From Lama guanicoe (taxonomy: Eukaryota): a stretch of 64,000 bases of DNA. A program made the position numbers and the translations under genes. Position 1 is the first letter of the stretch; each line of letters starts with the position of its first letter. The notes under the pieces are model-generated. The model was not told the origin of the DNA. It did no database searches and worked only from the letters and a program-made list of their open reading frames with translations. The stretch lies in NCBI GenBank assembly GCA_013239625.1, contig MU053934.1, positions 9,321,352 to 9,385,351 of the forward strand, in the 5' to 3' direction. Positions 46,752 to 59,614 of this stretch are shown piece by piece.

Positions 46752-49700
46752 AAGAGCAAGAGGAATTTTCCAGAAGTGAGGCCCTTTCCTCCCCAGGCCA
46801 CAGCACAGAGGCACCTGATGCCGAGCAGCTGACCCAGAATCTGAAACACCGTCCTGGGCTCCTTGGACACCGCGAGGCTCTGACCTTTCACTCCCTCCTT
46901 TCTGCAAAGTGACCTCGGTCGGGAACTGGTCAAGTGGAACCCTCCCCGACCCAGGAGGCCAGCGCATTCAGACCCCCAGCCGCGCCCCCTGTGCACACGC
47001 GGGGCCCCCGCCCAGGGAGAGAAGCTTACCGGTGCTCCCGGAGAAGCCCCCTGGGAGCCGCGCTCCTGCCGACCCGCGGGCCGGCGCACCTGGTCAGCGC
47101 GAGTGCCCCAGGCCCCCTGAGGCTCTGCCCCCCGCACTGGACCTGCAGTCCTGAGGCTCCATGTCCGTGGCCTCGGCGCTCACCCACCTGTCAGTGGAGA
47201 CAAAGGGGGCATACGTGCAGGTGGGTATTTTCTATAGAAGCCTCAGAAAGTAAGTGCCTCGGCTCAACCATAGCAGAGGCAGCAGGAAGCAAACGCATTG
47301 CTCAGTCTGGGGTTTAGCCTTAGGTGAGCCCCCTCCCCCACTCCCCCTCAACCCCCCCACCTATAAACGGAGGGGCGCTTTGGACTCCAAGACACTGGAG
47401 AAGTTCAGCCACTGGGAGGGGTGCCGAGAGTGGTAGCCATAATCACCCAATACCCAGCATGATTTTGGAATTCACCTTGGCTCAGCCCTGCGACAGGATG
47501 CAGCTCTGGGCACTGGTCTGTCACTGGCCCTGCCTCTTCCTAGCCCACCTGTCAAGCGGAGACGCTAGCGCCGACATGCAGGACCGGCTGTGAAGGTTGG
47601 GTGGCGTCGTGCCTGTTAATCACGCGTTACTGTGGCTGGCAGGACTTTCCAGCCACGTCCTCACCTACTGTTTGCCCTCTGCCAGTTCCAGGCCTCAGGG
47701 GACCTCTTTCTGCCAACTCCAGCTCCCTCTCCAGGCCTTGCAAGGGCCGGGCAGATGTCCGTGGCCACCCGGCTCAGGAGTGAGCCCCAGGTGGAGGGAG
47801 GGAGGAAGGGAAGACTCAGGGTGCTGCCGTCCCCTTCCACTCGGAGAATGTTCCCATGGCAACCCTGGCCTGTGGAGCCCCATTGGTGCCTCTGCACAAA
47901 ATGCTGCAGATGACGCTTGGCCGGCCTTGCCGCTGGCCCTCCTCGCCCATCTTTCAAAGGTGTGCATTTGTCTTATCTCCCCTTGGAATATGTCAGACAC
48001 GTTTGAACAGAATCACTTCTAACAGTGACTTCCTCAAAGCCAGCACTGAGGCACAAAGACATCCCGCCCCCGCCGCAGCAAAGCAACCCACAGGGTCTTT
48101 TTACAGAAAAGGCTCCACTCTCTTCGAGAACAGATGTGCTTCTGGGATCCCGCCTGCCCCAGCAGGACAGATCGCCTTGGCGAGTGGATCAGATTCTAAT
48201 TAGCACTAATTAGTGCTACGGCAACCTGTGAGACAGTCACCAGCAGCCAAGTCGCTCTCTGATTCAGAACATCAAAGGGAAAGGAACCTGAGCCGATGCT
48301 CTGTGAAATGCCTGGGTGTTTTCTGTCCCTTCCAGCTGGGCGACCTTGGACCGGCTGCATCTGCAGAATGGGCTGTGGGGAGGTGGCGCTCACATCGCCC
48401 GGCCAGCTGCGCTCCGTGGCTGGGTCCTGGCCCCTGCTCATTCCAAGGGGATGCCACCTCAGTGCTGTGCACTGCAGGAGCATCCATGGGGAGACCGCAG
48501 AGGCAAATGCAGGGGAGGTGCTCGAGGACACACACCACACGGCTGAGAAGGCACGGCTGCCGTCGGGCAGGAGCGAAGTTTCACCGAGGCCCTTCCCTGT
48601 GCCAGCTCTGTGCCGTGGCTGGGGGCCCATGGGTGGTACAGGAGGGGCTGCCACCTTCAGGGAGCTCGCAACCTTGGGGAGGTCGCAGTGCCAGGGGACT
48701 TGGGGCAAAATGGATCCCTTCTAGAAGAGATGGCAGAGGAGCTGGGGTGGGGCTGGGGAGACCGGCAGGTGGTACCCCTGGAGGAGGAAAGAGCCCGGGA
48801 AAAGGCACAGAGCAGCTGGCGCGCAGACCACCACTCTGCCAGCAGGCTGGGGAGGGGCTCTCCCCACTGCTGTGCCCCGTCTTCCCCGAGTGCTCGGGGT
48901 CCTGGGCCCAACCTGCCCGCTTCCCAGATCGGGTAACTCGGCAACAAGGACCTGCTGAACTGCACTGAGCCTGGGAGGAAAGGGCGGTGGGGGGACCTTG
49001 ACTAGAACCCAGACGCCTGGGCTCTGGCTCCGTGGTCTTCCCACAACACAGGGTCACAGATGGCCTTTGCTTCCTCCCCGGGGCTCTTGTTTGAAAACGC
49101 TGATCGGTTTCTCATTGGGTTTCGTATTGATATTCTGAAAATCATTGACACCACAGACAGAGTAAGTGTCGGGGACGCGCAGCCTCTAGGAATGAGGCCA
49201 GACGTTCCGAGGAGCCGTCAGTCCTCTCCCCAGGAGGGCCGCGCACAGGCAAGGAGGCGCGTGGCCAGCAGGACAGCTCTGGGGTGGCTCTGGGTCGCTT
49301 CCTTGGGATGAGGGGACAGGTACAGCCACCTCCTGACACTGTGGTGACTGTATAGGAGTGGTGGCTTCTTGAGGCCCTGGGAACAGCCTGGAAGGGATCT
49401 GGTGTCAGAGGCCATTGGGGAAGGCAGGCCCCGTGGATCCAGCCATCTGCGTTGACTTCCTGGGCCCAGGCCCCAAGCCATCCCTGCTGGCTTTTGGCAG
49501 CTCTGGGCAGTGACCAAGTCCCGGAGGTAGAGTGGAGGAGGCAGCTGAGTGCTAGAGAGAAGCTGTCTTCACTCAGAGCCCAGTGACACCTGTGACCTGC
49601 CCGGGGTCCGGCACTGGGAGGGGGCAGACTTGGCCTGGTTTGCTGGCCGCCCCTCTTCTCGGCGACAGTGTTGCTTTCGAACCAGGGCTTGTAGGGCAGG

Positions 49701-51859
49701 AAGAGGGTAGAGGCTGGGAGAGCTCTACCGCCTGGCCCCTGGAGTGCGGGAGAGAACTCGCTGGCTGTGCCCTGTGTGTTTGGGGAGGAAAGTGCACAGG
49801 AACCATGGATTTCACTGATCTGCTAAGGACACGGGAAGACATTTCTCTCCTGCAGGATTTTTTTAAAGCACTATTTGGCTGGGTTTCTTCTTTCTTAATT
49901 GATTTCCGTTTGTGCAGGAGAGAACAGAAAAAATACTGTTTGACTCTGCCCGGCCCCTCCCCCTGCGCAGTTCCGATGCGGCCGAGGAGGGGGGCAGCTG
50001 CCTGGAAGGGCCTCCTTTCAGGCCTGTGTGAATGAGCCGGAGCCGTCGTGACCCTGGTGCCCGCCCGGGACCGGACAGGTGGCCTGGGGACAATACCCAC
50101 AGGCCCCTGGGCATCCCTCAGGGGTGATGGCAGGTGCTGGGGATGGCAAGGGCCAGGGACCACCCCGGGGAGAGAGTGCTTGAGGCAGCCAGGGTTCCTG
50201 GGGGCCAAGGGGGCCCCTGCTGAGTGCAGACGCCCTGAGACCCCATTCAGAGCGTGGGCCTTGTTCTCCCTGTGTCCCCTGCCGGGGCAGCCACAGATGT
50301 CCCAGTGCGGGGAAGTCTCTGCAGACACAAAGGCCCTGGTGGGGGCTGGTGCTGTGTTTTGTTTGGGTTTGGGTTTCTCGTGCCGAAGCCAGTGAAGCGA
50401 GGGAAGCCTCTGCTTAAACTTGACCGCCGGGCGGCTCCCAGCTGCCCCCTCAGCTGCCATCCCAAGATGGCTCAAGTGACCTTCCAGACCACTGGGATGT
50501 CCCCAGCTGGTGTTCCTGGGTGCCGCACTCCCGGGGGATGATGGCAGTAGGCGTGACGCGGGAACAACGGTGGCAGTAAACACGAGGGCTCCGTGGGAGT
50601 CCGTTAGAGATGGAAACTGAGGCTCAGGGAGGCCTCCAGCTTCGTGCAGCCCCATGGCTTCTAGGCCAGGAATTGAACCAGGCTTCCCCTGCTCCCTGGC
50701 TCTGTGCCTGTCTCTTGTGTGTCCCTGTGCTCAGCCTCACACTAGCACATCCTCAGGATGGGGAACCTGGACCACCCAGCTGCCAAGGCTCCAGCCAGCC
50801 CCATCCTCCCAGGGCCTGCGGCCGTGGAAACTGTCCACCCCCAGGCCAGACCTCCCTGGTGTCTGTCACTCCTTACAGGGATCCGTCCATTGCAGACTGT
50901 GACCAGAACTGCCCAAGACGGGCTTGTGAACCCGAGTGGATGGTCACCTCCACCCTGACGCACTGCCAGGATGGCCCAGTGTGAGGCTCCTGCCGAGGCC
51001 GGGCCACTGGCCTCTTGACTCCCCCCAGGCCCGTGTCGTACAGCCCACGGGGCAGGGAAGGTCAGGCTGCTCCCAGAGGTTCAACTAAGATGAGGAAACA
51101 CCGGACACTGGAAGCTGGCAAACCCCCTCCAGACACAGCCCGCCCTCCTGATCCCGGGAGGGGCCCACCTGCTCTGGCGGCTGAGGATGTTGGGGGCCAA
51201 CACCAGTTCCGGGACTACCCATTGTTCGCATCCCTGGGCTGGGGTAGCTCTCAGACCAGGGGCCGACAGACTGACCAGCACACACCTTGTGTTCAACAAG
51301 TTGGCCAAAGTGGCCAAGGAGGCCCCGGGAGCCTGGGGGTTCAGGTACTGGGGAGACAGCATTACCATGAGTAATAGAGAGAAACTCGGGAACAGAGAGG
51401 TTAACTAACTTTCCCAAAGACCCACAGCTATAAGTGAAAGAGCTAGTTCCTTGAAGCTGATGGATGAGGAGGGAGAGGATGCCCAGGGGACGAGGGCAGG
51501 GCAGGGAGGGAGGCCCAGGAACGGAAGTGGGGGGGAGGCGGCTGGTGCGTGTGGTGGGTGGGAGCCAATGCTGGGGGCCCGGCTTCGACCTGGGGAGCCT
51601 GGCTTTCCAGAGGCAGAACGTAGGCCCTGTTCCATCGGCAGAGGGGAGGGAGGAATGGCACGTGTTTCTCCCCGTGTTTCAGGCACGGCCTCATCACCGG
51701 GGCTCCTCCCCATAGCCGTCTCCTTATTCCTGCAGCCTCCACGTCCACGGCCGGCAGAGCGCTCCCCTGACGTCGCCCATGCTGCCCTGCCTCCCTCACT
51801 CCTGCTGGTGGTCTTCAGGTGGCCAAGAATAATAGAGTTGTTGATGATAATACTCATCA

Positions 51860-52130
51860 CCGCCATTACTGGGCACGTGGGACACGCCAGGCCCTGTGCT
51901 GGGACGTGCAGGCCTGGGCTCGCTGCCTTCGCCCTGCTCTTAGCTGTTCTGGCCCCCAGATCTCCTGGCGTTGCCTCCAATGGGTACTGGGGTTGGTCTG
52001 TGCACACCTTCCCTCACCTGCAACAGCCTTATCCCCATTTTGCAGATGATAAACTGAGGCACAGAGAGGCTAAGAAACTTGCCTGGGGCCCCAGAGCTGA
52101 CAAGTGTCGGAGATCCAAACTCCTAAGAGA
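51860..52130 (-). mobile_element. MIR SINE
   Basis: atccccattttgcagatgataaactgaggcacagagaggctaagaaacttgcc. Confidence 0.85.
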
Positions 52131-54888
52131 TCTCCGGAACCCCTACTCTGCACCAGGCCCTGGCGGGGTGACGGGCCAGTGTCTGTGTTCAGGTACAGAA
52201 GACTTGCTGTCATAGCCTGTGGGTGCAGCCCGGGGCGCCTCCCTCCTGCCCTCGGGGTGCCCTGAAAGCCCTCCGTCGTCCTGGTGAGCTAGCCCCTAGA
52301 GCTCACCCGCGATGGCCCAGGTCTGTGGTGCTGCTCAGACTGGTCCCTCCCTGGGCTGAGCGGCCTGTAGCCAGGGGCACTTCCTCCCCACGCCGTGGGC
52401 ACCCGCCAGCCCCTGGGACCCGCTGCTCTGTAATTTCAGATGTCGCTGGGCATGTGTGTGTTATCGGGTGATGCTTAAATCCTAACCTTTACAAAAGCAA
52501 ACCCAAGTAAGTACATATTTGGGAACCATAATTCCAAGCTTGGAGGCGTCACTTGAGGCGGACAGGGAGTGTGGCGTCATGACCGCTAACCGGGCTCCTC
52601 CGTGTCCTTGGGTTTGACAGCGTCTGCTTCGGTCAAGAGGGAACTCCTGATACCAACGCCTGCCCAGCCTGAGGTCCAGCCCACATCGCTTCACAGTCCA
52701 GTGAGACTCCCAAAGCCAGCTCCCAAAGCAGCGTCTGATCACTGGCCAAGCCTGGGTCACCAGGGCCAGATGTTGGACGCAGGTGAACAGCAATCTCCTT
52801 CCTCGATGAGCCCGGAGGAGTGAGACGCCTGACGGCCGGGGCCATTAAAGGCTCAAATGAGTGCATATCGGGGCCAGGGCCTGGGGAGGCCTGGGTATGC
52901 CTTGGCCCTCAGCTAAGCCCTAGAGAGAGCGGGGGGTCCTGACGGGGGACACACTGTTTAAGGACCTCGCGCTGCAGGAACAGCAGGGAAAGGCACGGCC
53001 GTGCCACTTTCAAGAACAGTGTGTGAAGCAGACACCGGGCTCATGTCCTCTGCATTCTGTGGGCCATGGGGAGCTATGGGAGGTGTTGGAGGAAGCAGAA
53101 CATGTTATAGGAGAAGTGAAAACAACCTAGAACAAGTTACGATGTTGTTCCCAACCTTATGTCATGGTGTGGAGGGCCGGGACAGGGCTCTTGATCCAGA
53201 CTGGCCCCCACCCAGAAGACCCTGGCAAACCACGGACCCTGGGGCCTCCCTTGTGTTCACTGCACAAGGGGTGAGGCTTGTGCAGGCAGTGAGTGCTGCC
53301 CACTGCCCTGCTCCAGGGCCCCTCGGTCTCCTGCTCCCCCCACTCCTCATGCTCATCCTGCAGGGTGTCCCCTCTGTCCCCGACTGTCCCCACTGCCACC
53401 ACCATCGGCCTCGAGGTCTCCCTGCTTGTCGGCCCACCCCTGATGTGAATTGGGGGACCCGCCCAGGGGTTGGGGAGGGGAGCCCAGGGGAGACCCCGCC
53501 TCCAGTCTGGACAGGATCTGCCCAATTTTGCTGACTATGATGAGGCCCCCGACCCCCAGACTCCAGCTCCCAAAGGCTGGGAAACAAAGGCTGCGCCCAG
53601 CGGTGACCAGCAGTGACCGAGCATTCCGGGCCGCTCACTTGTTCTCTCCAAACACATTAGAGAGCTTTTGGGAATTTACGCTCCCTCCACCCTCATCGTC
53701 CACAAAACAAATGCCATCCCCAGGCGGCTCCAGGCCGGCAGGCTTAGCTGAGCGCCCACCACGGGTCCCAGCCTCCAGGAGCTGGACCATCCGCAGAGTC
53801 TGGGAGCAATAGCCAATCCCCCACCTCGAAGGGGACAGAGGGGACCCAACTCACAGAGAGGCGTGCAGGGCCAGCTGCCTCCTCGTCCAGGGTAGCTCTG
53901 CTCCCTGTGTGCACCCAGCACCTGTGGACTCACATGTCTGCCCATGCTGCCCACAGAGGAGACCCCGGGAGACTCTGCTTCAGGGTCGGGGGGTTGCCGT
54001 CAGACCTCTCCCAGCGGGCACATGGGGTTGGAAGGGAAGGAGTGGGCACAGAGGACTCCAGAGCCCATCTTCCACATGGGCCTTGTGTAACCCCTTGCCC
54101 CACCTGACCCACCTCACCCTCCTTCCTGCTTCCTCCCTGCAGGTCACTCCATCCCACATGTGGACGTGATGTGCTGTCTCTCCTCCAGGACTTTGCCCAT
54201 GTTGGTCCCATTCTGGACACGCTCTCCCCTCTTTTCATCAGCCACGCTGACGTGTGCCCATTCTATACATTTAGCGCAAATGCTTCCTCCTCCATGATGC
54301 CCTCCTTGACTGCACCTATATGCAGTGAGGCTGGTGCTGGGGGCCGGTCAGACTTCAAGGGCAGGGACCATGTTCTGATCATCTTGGGATCCTTAGCCCT
54401 GGACCCTGGATCCAAGGCCTGGTCTGTTGCAAGACCTTGGGAAAGTTTGCTGAGTCCGGTGGGATATCCAGAGCCTAGGCAGAGGCCGTGAAGCATGCTG
54501 AGGTCTCCTCCCTGCCTCCTCATAGAAGGTGTCTCTGATACCCTTGGCCAAGTCCCTGAAGGTTCTGGACTGTTTGGAGGGCAAGGTACCATTCACTGAG
54601 CACCTGCTACAGACCAAGGGCTAAGCTAGGGGATTTGTATAGATGATGTCATTTCTGGCTGTTCACAGCAGGCTTGCGGAGTGTGTATCATCAATGTCAC
54701 TTGTCACTTGTCACTTTCCAGTTGGGGAAGTGGAGGCTCAGTTGCCAAATGATGCAGAAACTCCACAGAAGCAGAGACCTGAACCCAGGGCTGCCCAAAG
54801 GGGGCCGCCAGGGCCTGGCGGGGGCTGGAACCCAGACAGGCCTCTCAGGGCCTGTTCAGCGGTGGAGGCGCCTGGCTGGCCCTGATCT

Positions 54889-54924
54889 ACACACACACAC
54901 ACACACACACGTATGCACACACAC
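54889..54924. repeat. (AC)n microsatellite, (AC)11 core
   Basis: Directly visible. Confidence 0.95.
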
Positions 54925-57639
54925 AAACTCACACCCGTTCACTCCTGACCTTCTGAGTGCCCGGCTGTGCCCTCCTGGCGCCCCACAGACCTCGGTCAGG
55001 CCTTTAGTCACATCCTGGCGGAAGACCGTGGCCGGAGCCTGGTGGCCAGGGGCGGGCGGGCACCACCTGACGGGGGACGGATCAGCCGAGTTGCTTCCTC
55101 ATCAGAAATGCACCCTCCCAGCTGGGGTGAAGCCAGGCCTGTCGGCAGCAGGCCGGGCCCCTGTGGCTGTTTCTCATACTCCCACGGACACCACATGCTC
55201 TTGGCCGAGGACAAAGCTGATGGGACCCAGATGGGAGCTGGGGCAGGCTTCAGAGGGCTGTGCAGGCCGGGCGAGGCTGGGGGCTCCACCTCTTGGTTTC
55301 GGGGCCCTGCTCTGCCTCAAGGGGGATGACACCAACCCTGGCCAAGGCCCAGGGGCCTTCTCAGCAGGCCACACACCGGTGTCCAATGTGCTCCCTGGGC
55401 CACCAGGTGGGCTCTGTGCTGGGGTGAGCCCGCCCCACCTACAGGGACAGTGCAAGGACTCCCGCAGAGGCAGGGGGGTCTCAGGGTCAGCTGTGGGCTG
55501 GGATTAGTCAAGGCGGCCGTCAGGTTTGGTGAATAGGGCCCACCTGGTCCTGGGCCTGGCCCTGGTTCTCCCAGGCCCTCCCAGCCTCAGTTTCTGTGGG
55601 TGTAAGTGAAGCGACGCCCACGGGCAGTTCTGAGGAGCCGGTGAGGTAATCCTGGTGTGTGAAGGGGCTGTCTGAGGCCTGGGAGCTCAGGCCCCTTTCT
55701 CCAGGACGTATCCTGCTGGTGTCTGGATCCCCCTCCATAGTGGGACAGTCCCCCTGCTGGCCCGGGGCTCCACTCTCCTCCCAGCTCACCCTGACTGCCC
55801 GCTGCCACCACCACCATCTCCCACCTCGACTGCATGCAATCCTGAACCATCCGCGGCCGCCTCCCACTGGCCTTCCCTGATCAGGACTGGGCCTCCCCAT
55901 TCGAGCTCCTTCTCAGGACAGCCTCGAGAAAGCTGCTTAAAATGCAGGGAGGAGCCAGTAACCCTGCACGCTCATTTCTAGTCAAACGCCAACCTCCCAC
56001 CTCTGTGACCTCAGTGCTTGTGGGCACCCCTGCCCTCTGCCGGGCCCACGCGGACCCACCTTCCAGAGCCCCTCCTTCCTTCTGTCCCTGTCTGCTCCTC
56101 CTTCCCTTGAAGATGCCCTGGGCCTAAGGGGGAAGCACCTTCCTTGCTCCGACGTCTTCCTGACCTTGGGTTGAGGCTCCCTAAGGCCCCGGGACCACGG
56201 GCACAGACGCGGGGGCTGCCTGCTTGTCATGGGCCCAAGGCACAGTCTCAGACCCTGAGGCACAGCCTGGGGAGCCAGGCCAGAGGCCGTTGAGCTGGGC
56301 TTGGCTCTGCAGGTCGTACTTCCCGCTGGGGTCCCCTCCGCTTGCAGGCACTCCGTCTGCCCGGCCTTTCCTGCATCTCAGGCCTCGCTCTAATCCCCAC
56401 AGGCCTGGCATTCAGCCTGTGGTCATTCTATGGCCACTCATACCTGGGGCTGAGCTGGGATCCGGAAAACAGAATGGTGAGGTTGAGGGGGCTCTCAGCC
56501 CAGCTCCGTGTGCCTGTCACCCAGCCCCTGAGGGCTGCAGCCCTGAAGACAGTCACCCCCCACCTGCCCGCCCCACACACACCTTCTTTCTAAGAGGTCA
56601 GTTTTGGCCCATTGCCGGCTGGGCCCCCCTGAGGGGCTGCTGGCTGCTGCACTGGGAGGCCTTGCCCGCCCGGGCGTGGGGAGGCCAGCCCCGCTATGTC
56701 CAGCATGCGCGGCCAGGCCTTGGGGCAGACTGGGTGGCTGCTGATGGCAGTGGGAGCCTGGGAGATCTGTCGGCGTCCCTGTCAGGCCTCCTCTGGGGGT
56801 GACCTTGCAGCCCTGAGAGCCGTCCCATTCCCAGGACGGAGAGGGCCAGGGGCAGGTCGGCTCCTGCCATTTTGTCCCCAACCTGACCACTCTGGGCAGG
56901 GCCAGCTGGCGGGAGGCTCTGGTGGGGGCCCCGCACCCCTCCTGCCCCCCACCACCACCGTGACTAAAGCCTGGGCCCCGGCCCCCGCCCCGTTGACTCT
57001 GCGGGCTTTGTCCGCCAGCCCTTTCTTTCTCTGCTGGACCATGGAAAAGGCCACGTCAGCGCCCGCTTTGTCTGCCCTGCACGCCCCACTGTTCTCAGGC
57101 TGCACAAAGCCGGCCCGTTCACAGCCGCCCGGGCGGATAGAGCGATTCAGTGTTTGGATAATTCAACCACAAAAAGCATGCGGCCCTTTCGCCTCCATCA
57201 GCTGGACCCAGCAGCCCCACCCCGAGCAGCCTCGCAGGGCTCTCTGGAGAGGAGATTCCCACAGGCCCCCAGGGCGGCGCCAGCCCTGGAGATGCGGCGG
57301 CTTTGAACCCCGACAGCCCCGTCCGCACCCCAGCGCTGGCCCTGAGGCCCGGGGCTCGATCCCCCTGGAACAGGGGGCAGTGGTGGGCGTTCTCTCTGTT
57401 ACCCGACATGGGTCTCTGGGCAAGCTGCTCCCTCCCACTGGCTGCGGCTGAGTTTCTAATCTGCAAAAATCGGGGCTAAACTTTGTGGGCTTGAGGATGT
57501 CAGCCCTTACCTACACCCACAGGCCTCTCTGTGCCCAGCAGACAGCGTGACAGTACCGGCCCCACACACAAGGGAGCAGAGGAGAGGCGTTGGGACGCAT
57601 GCAGTACTCAGGCTGCCATAGAGAGAAAGGGAGCTGGCG

Positions 57640-58275
57640 CTGGGCCCGGGGGATTACATCTGACACTTCCTCCCTCGTGACCCCATCAGCCCCAGACCAC
57701 GTTCGTTTCTCAAGTGAGGACCTCACCCCTGAACTCACCATCCTCCCCTGCTCTGACTCCAGCCTTCCCCGTCTCACTCAGCAGATAGGCCTCCTTCTTC
57801 CCAAGGGCTCAGACCAAAACCTCAGACCTCCCTGCCTCCTCTTTCTCTCACCCCACAGTCCATCCATCAGCAAGTTCTATTGGCTCTACCTTTAAAAGGG
57901 GTCTGGAATCGACTGCTCCCAGTTCCCACACCATCCCCTGGTCCCAGCCACCGCCATCTGGCCCCTGGAGGCTGCAGCAGCCCCTGCTCCTCGCTTCCTC
58001 CGTGCCCCCTCAGTCTCCCCGGCTCCCCAGCCTTGGCCAGCAGGAGATGATCATAAGCTTTGCATGGGTCCCCTTGTGCTACAGTGGTGATCGGTCCCTC
58101 CTACCTCGGCTGCTATGCGGGCCCCCGAGAGCGACACTTCCTCTTTGGTTTATTTCCCATCCCCACGATGGAGTGGCAAGTCTGGGTGGCCCTTGCTCAC
58201 TGGTCTGTCTTTCTCACTGCTGGTCCCTGGCACCCAGCAGACCTGCACCGTCATGCAGTTGACAGATGTTGAGAA
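57640..58275 (+). mobile_element. LINE-2 fragment
   Basis: gctcagaccaaaacctcag...cagtccatccatcagcaagttctattggctctacctttaaaa...cctggcacccagcagacctgcacc. Confidence 0.75.
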
Positions 58276-59614
58276 GTGAGTGCCTCCTCCAGTGGGGGAC
58301 CTAGGGATGCTGAGGGCCTCCAGGCCTGCTCCAGCCCCAGCCCCTCCCTTGCTCTCATGACCGCAGTTTCCCTATCTCTGAGATGGGCACTAACCCCTCT
58401 GCCTCCCCCGCCACAGCCTGGGCCCTGGGGACTTTGAGGCCCGGTCACTGCACCCATAGTAGCCATCTCATCCGCTGGACTATCCAGGAAATCATTGTAG
58501 CTCTTGTTTCTAGACAGAGAGACTGAGGCCCAGAGAAGAGAAGGGCTGATGCAGGGCCCCAAGACCTTAATGGAGTGACCCTCAGCACACGAAGCAGCCT
58601 CCCAAGAGCCACCTGTGCCTGAAGAAGCCTCTCTGAGCACCGTGGGGACTGGTTCTCCCACCCGCTCCTAGGCCTCCCCGTCTGGGCCTGGCCCTGAGCA
58701 GCTGTGGTCTGGGGGCTGAGGTGAGCAGGACCTGGGCCTCACAGGGTCTGAAGTGGTGTGAGCAGCCCCCGGGCTCGGCAGACCCTCCCAGGACCCTGTC
58801 CCTTCCTACACTGTGTGCCCAAGGCCCCAGGGCAGCAGCTCCTGGCAGCGGGAAAGGGGCATCCTGCAGGTCAGTGACCTCATTGTACAAGTGGGGAAAC
58901 TGAGGCAGGGGGCAGGGCACAGCTGGAGGCTGAACAGCGGGACAGTGGCACCCCACCGGCGAGAAACCCAGAAGCTACCCTATGGACCGGGCCCTCTGCT
59001 GGGCCAGGTCTCCAAGTGCTCTCACTGCATGGTGACTGCCCAGTGGTTCCCCAACTCTGGAGGCACATGAGCTGGACCACAAAAGGGCTCAGTGGTCTTG
59101 GAGGTGCAGGGAACACAGCCCAGAGCACAGAGCTGTGAGTGTGGAGCCATGATGGTGGCATGCCAGGCTGTGGGAGAAGTGGCTTAGGAGCTGGGACGTC
59201 CCCAAGGAGCCACCACCTCCCAGCAGAACCTTGCAGGCCCCCTTCTCCACAGGCAGCAGTCCAGGGCGTGCCGCAGGAGGCAGGTGTGGCCAGACCCTGG
59301 GCTCTGTCCTCACTTATCTTGTGTGAGGCACCCACACACTCAAAGCCTCAGTTTTCCCACTGCTCTCTAAGTCCTAGCACTGTGCTCTGATCCGCAGGTG
59401 GCGATGAGTCAGTGAAAGTAGCCCAGGGGTCTGCACGGGGCCCACCTCTCAGTCTCTGGTCCCCCGGAGCTGACTGGCCTGGGCAGGGCATAGGAGTGGG
59501 TTATCAGAGCCGCTGGCGCGAGTCCTGTGGTTGGGGCTGCAGCCACCCTGACTTGGGACACCTGGGGGCCGACCATCCTCGCTCCCCCAACATCACTCAG
59601 GCCAACAGATCCCT

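Noticed and set aside
49573..50655. 360-aa minus-strand ORF
   Set aside because: Low-complexity GC-driven composition, begins in MIR-like sequence, overlapped by similar ORFs in other frames, no protein family recognised.
55398..55413. CTCF-like GGCCACCAGGTGGGCT
   Set aside because: The 3' part deviates from the core consensus, and such partial matches are common in GC-rich DNA.
54674..57451. 277-aa, 192-aa and 251-aa ORFs
   Set aside because: Run through MIR and (AC)n sequence or GC-rich DNA; no domain or convincing splice architecture.
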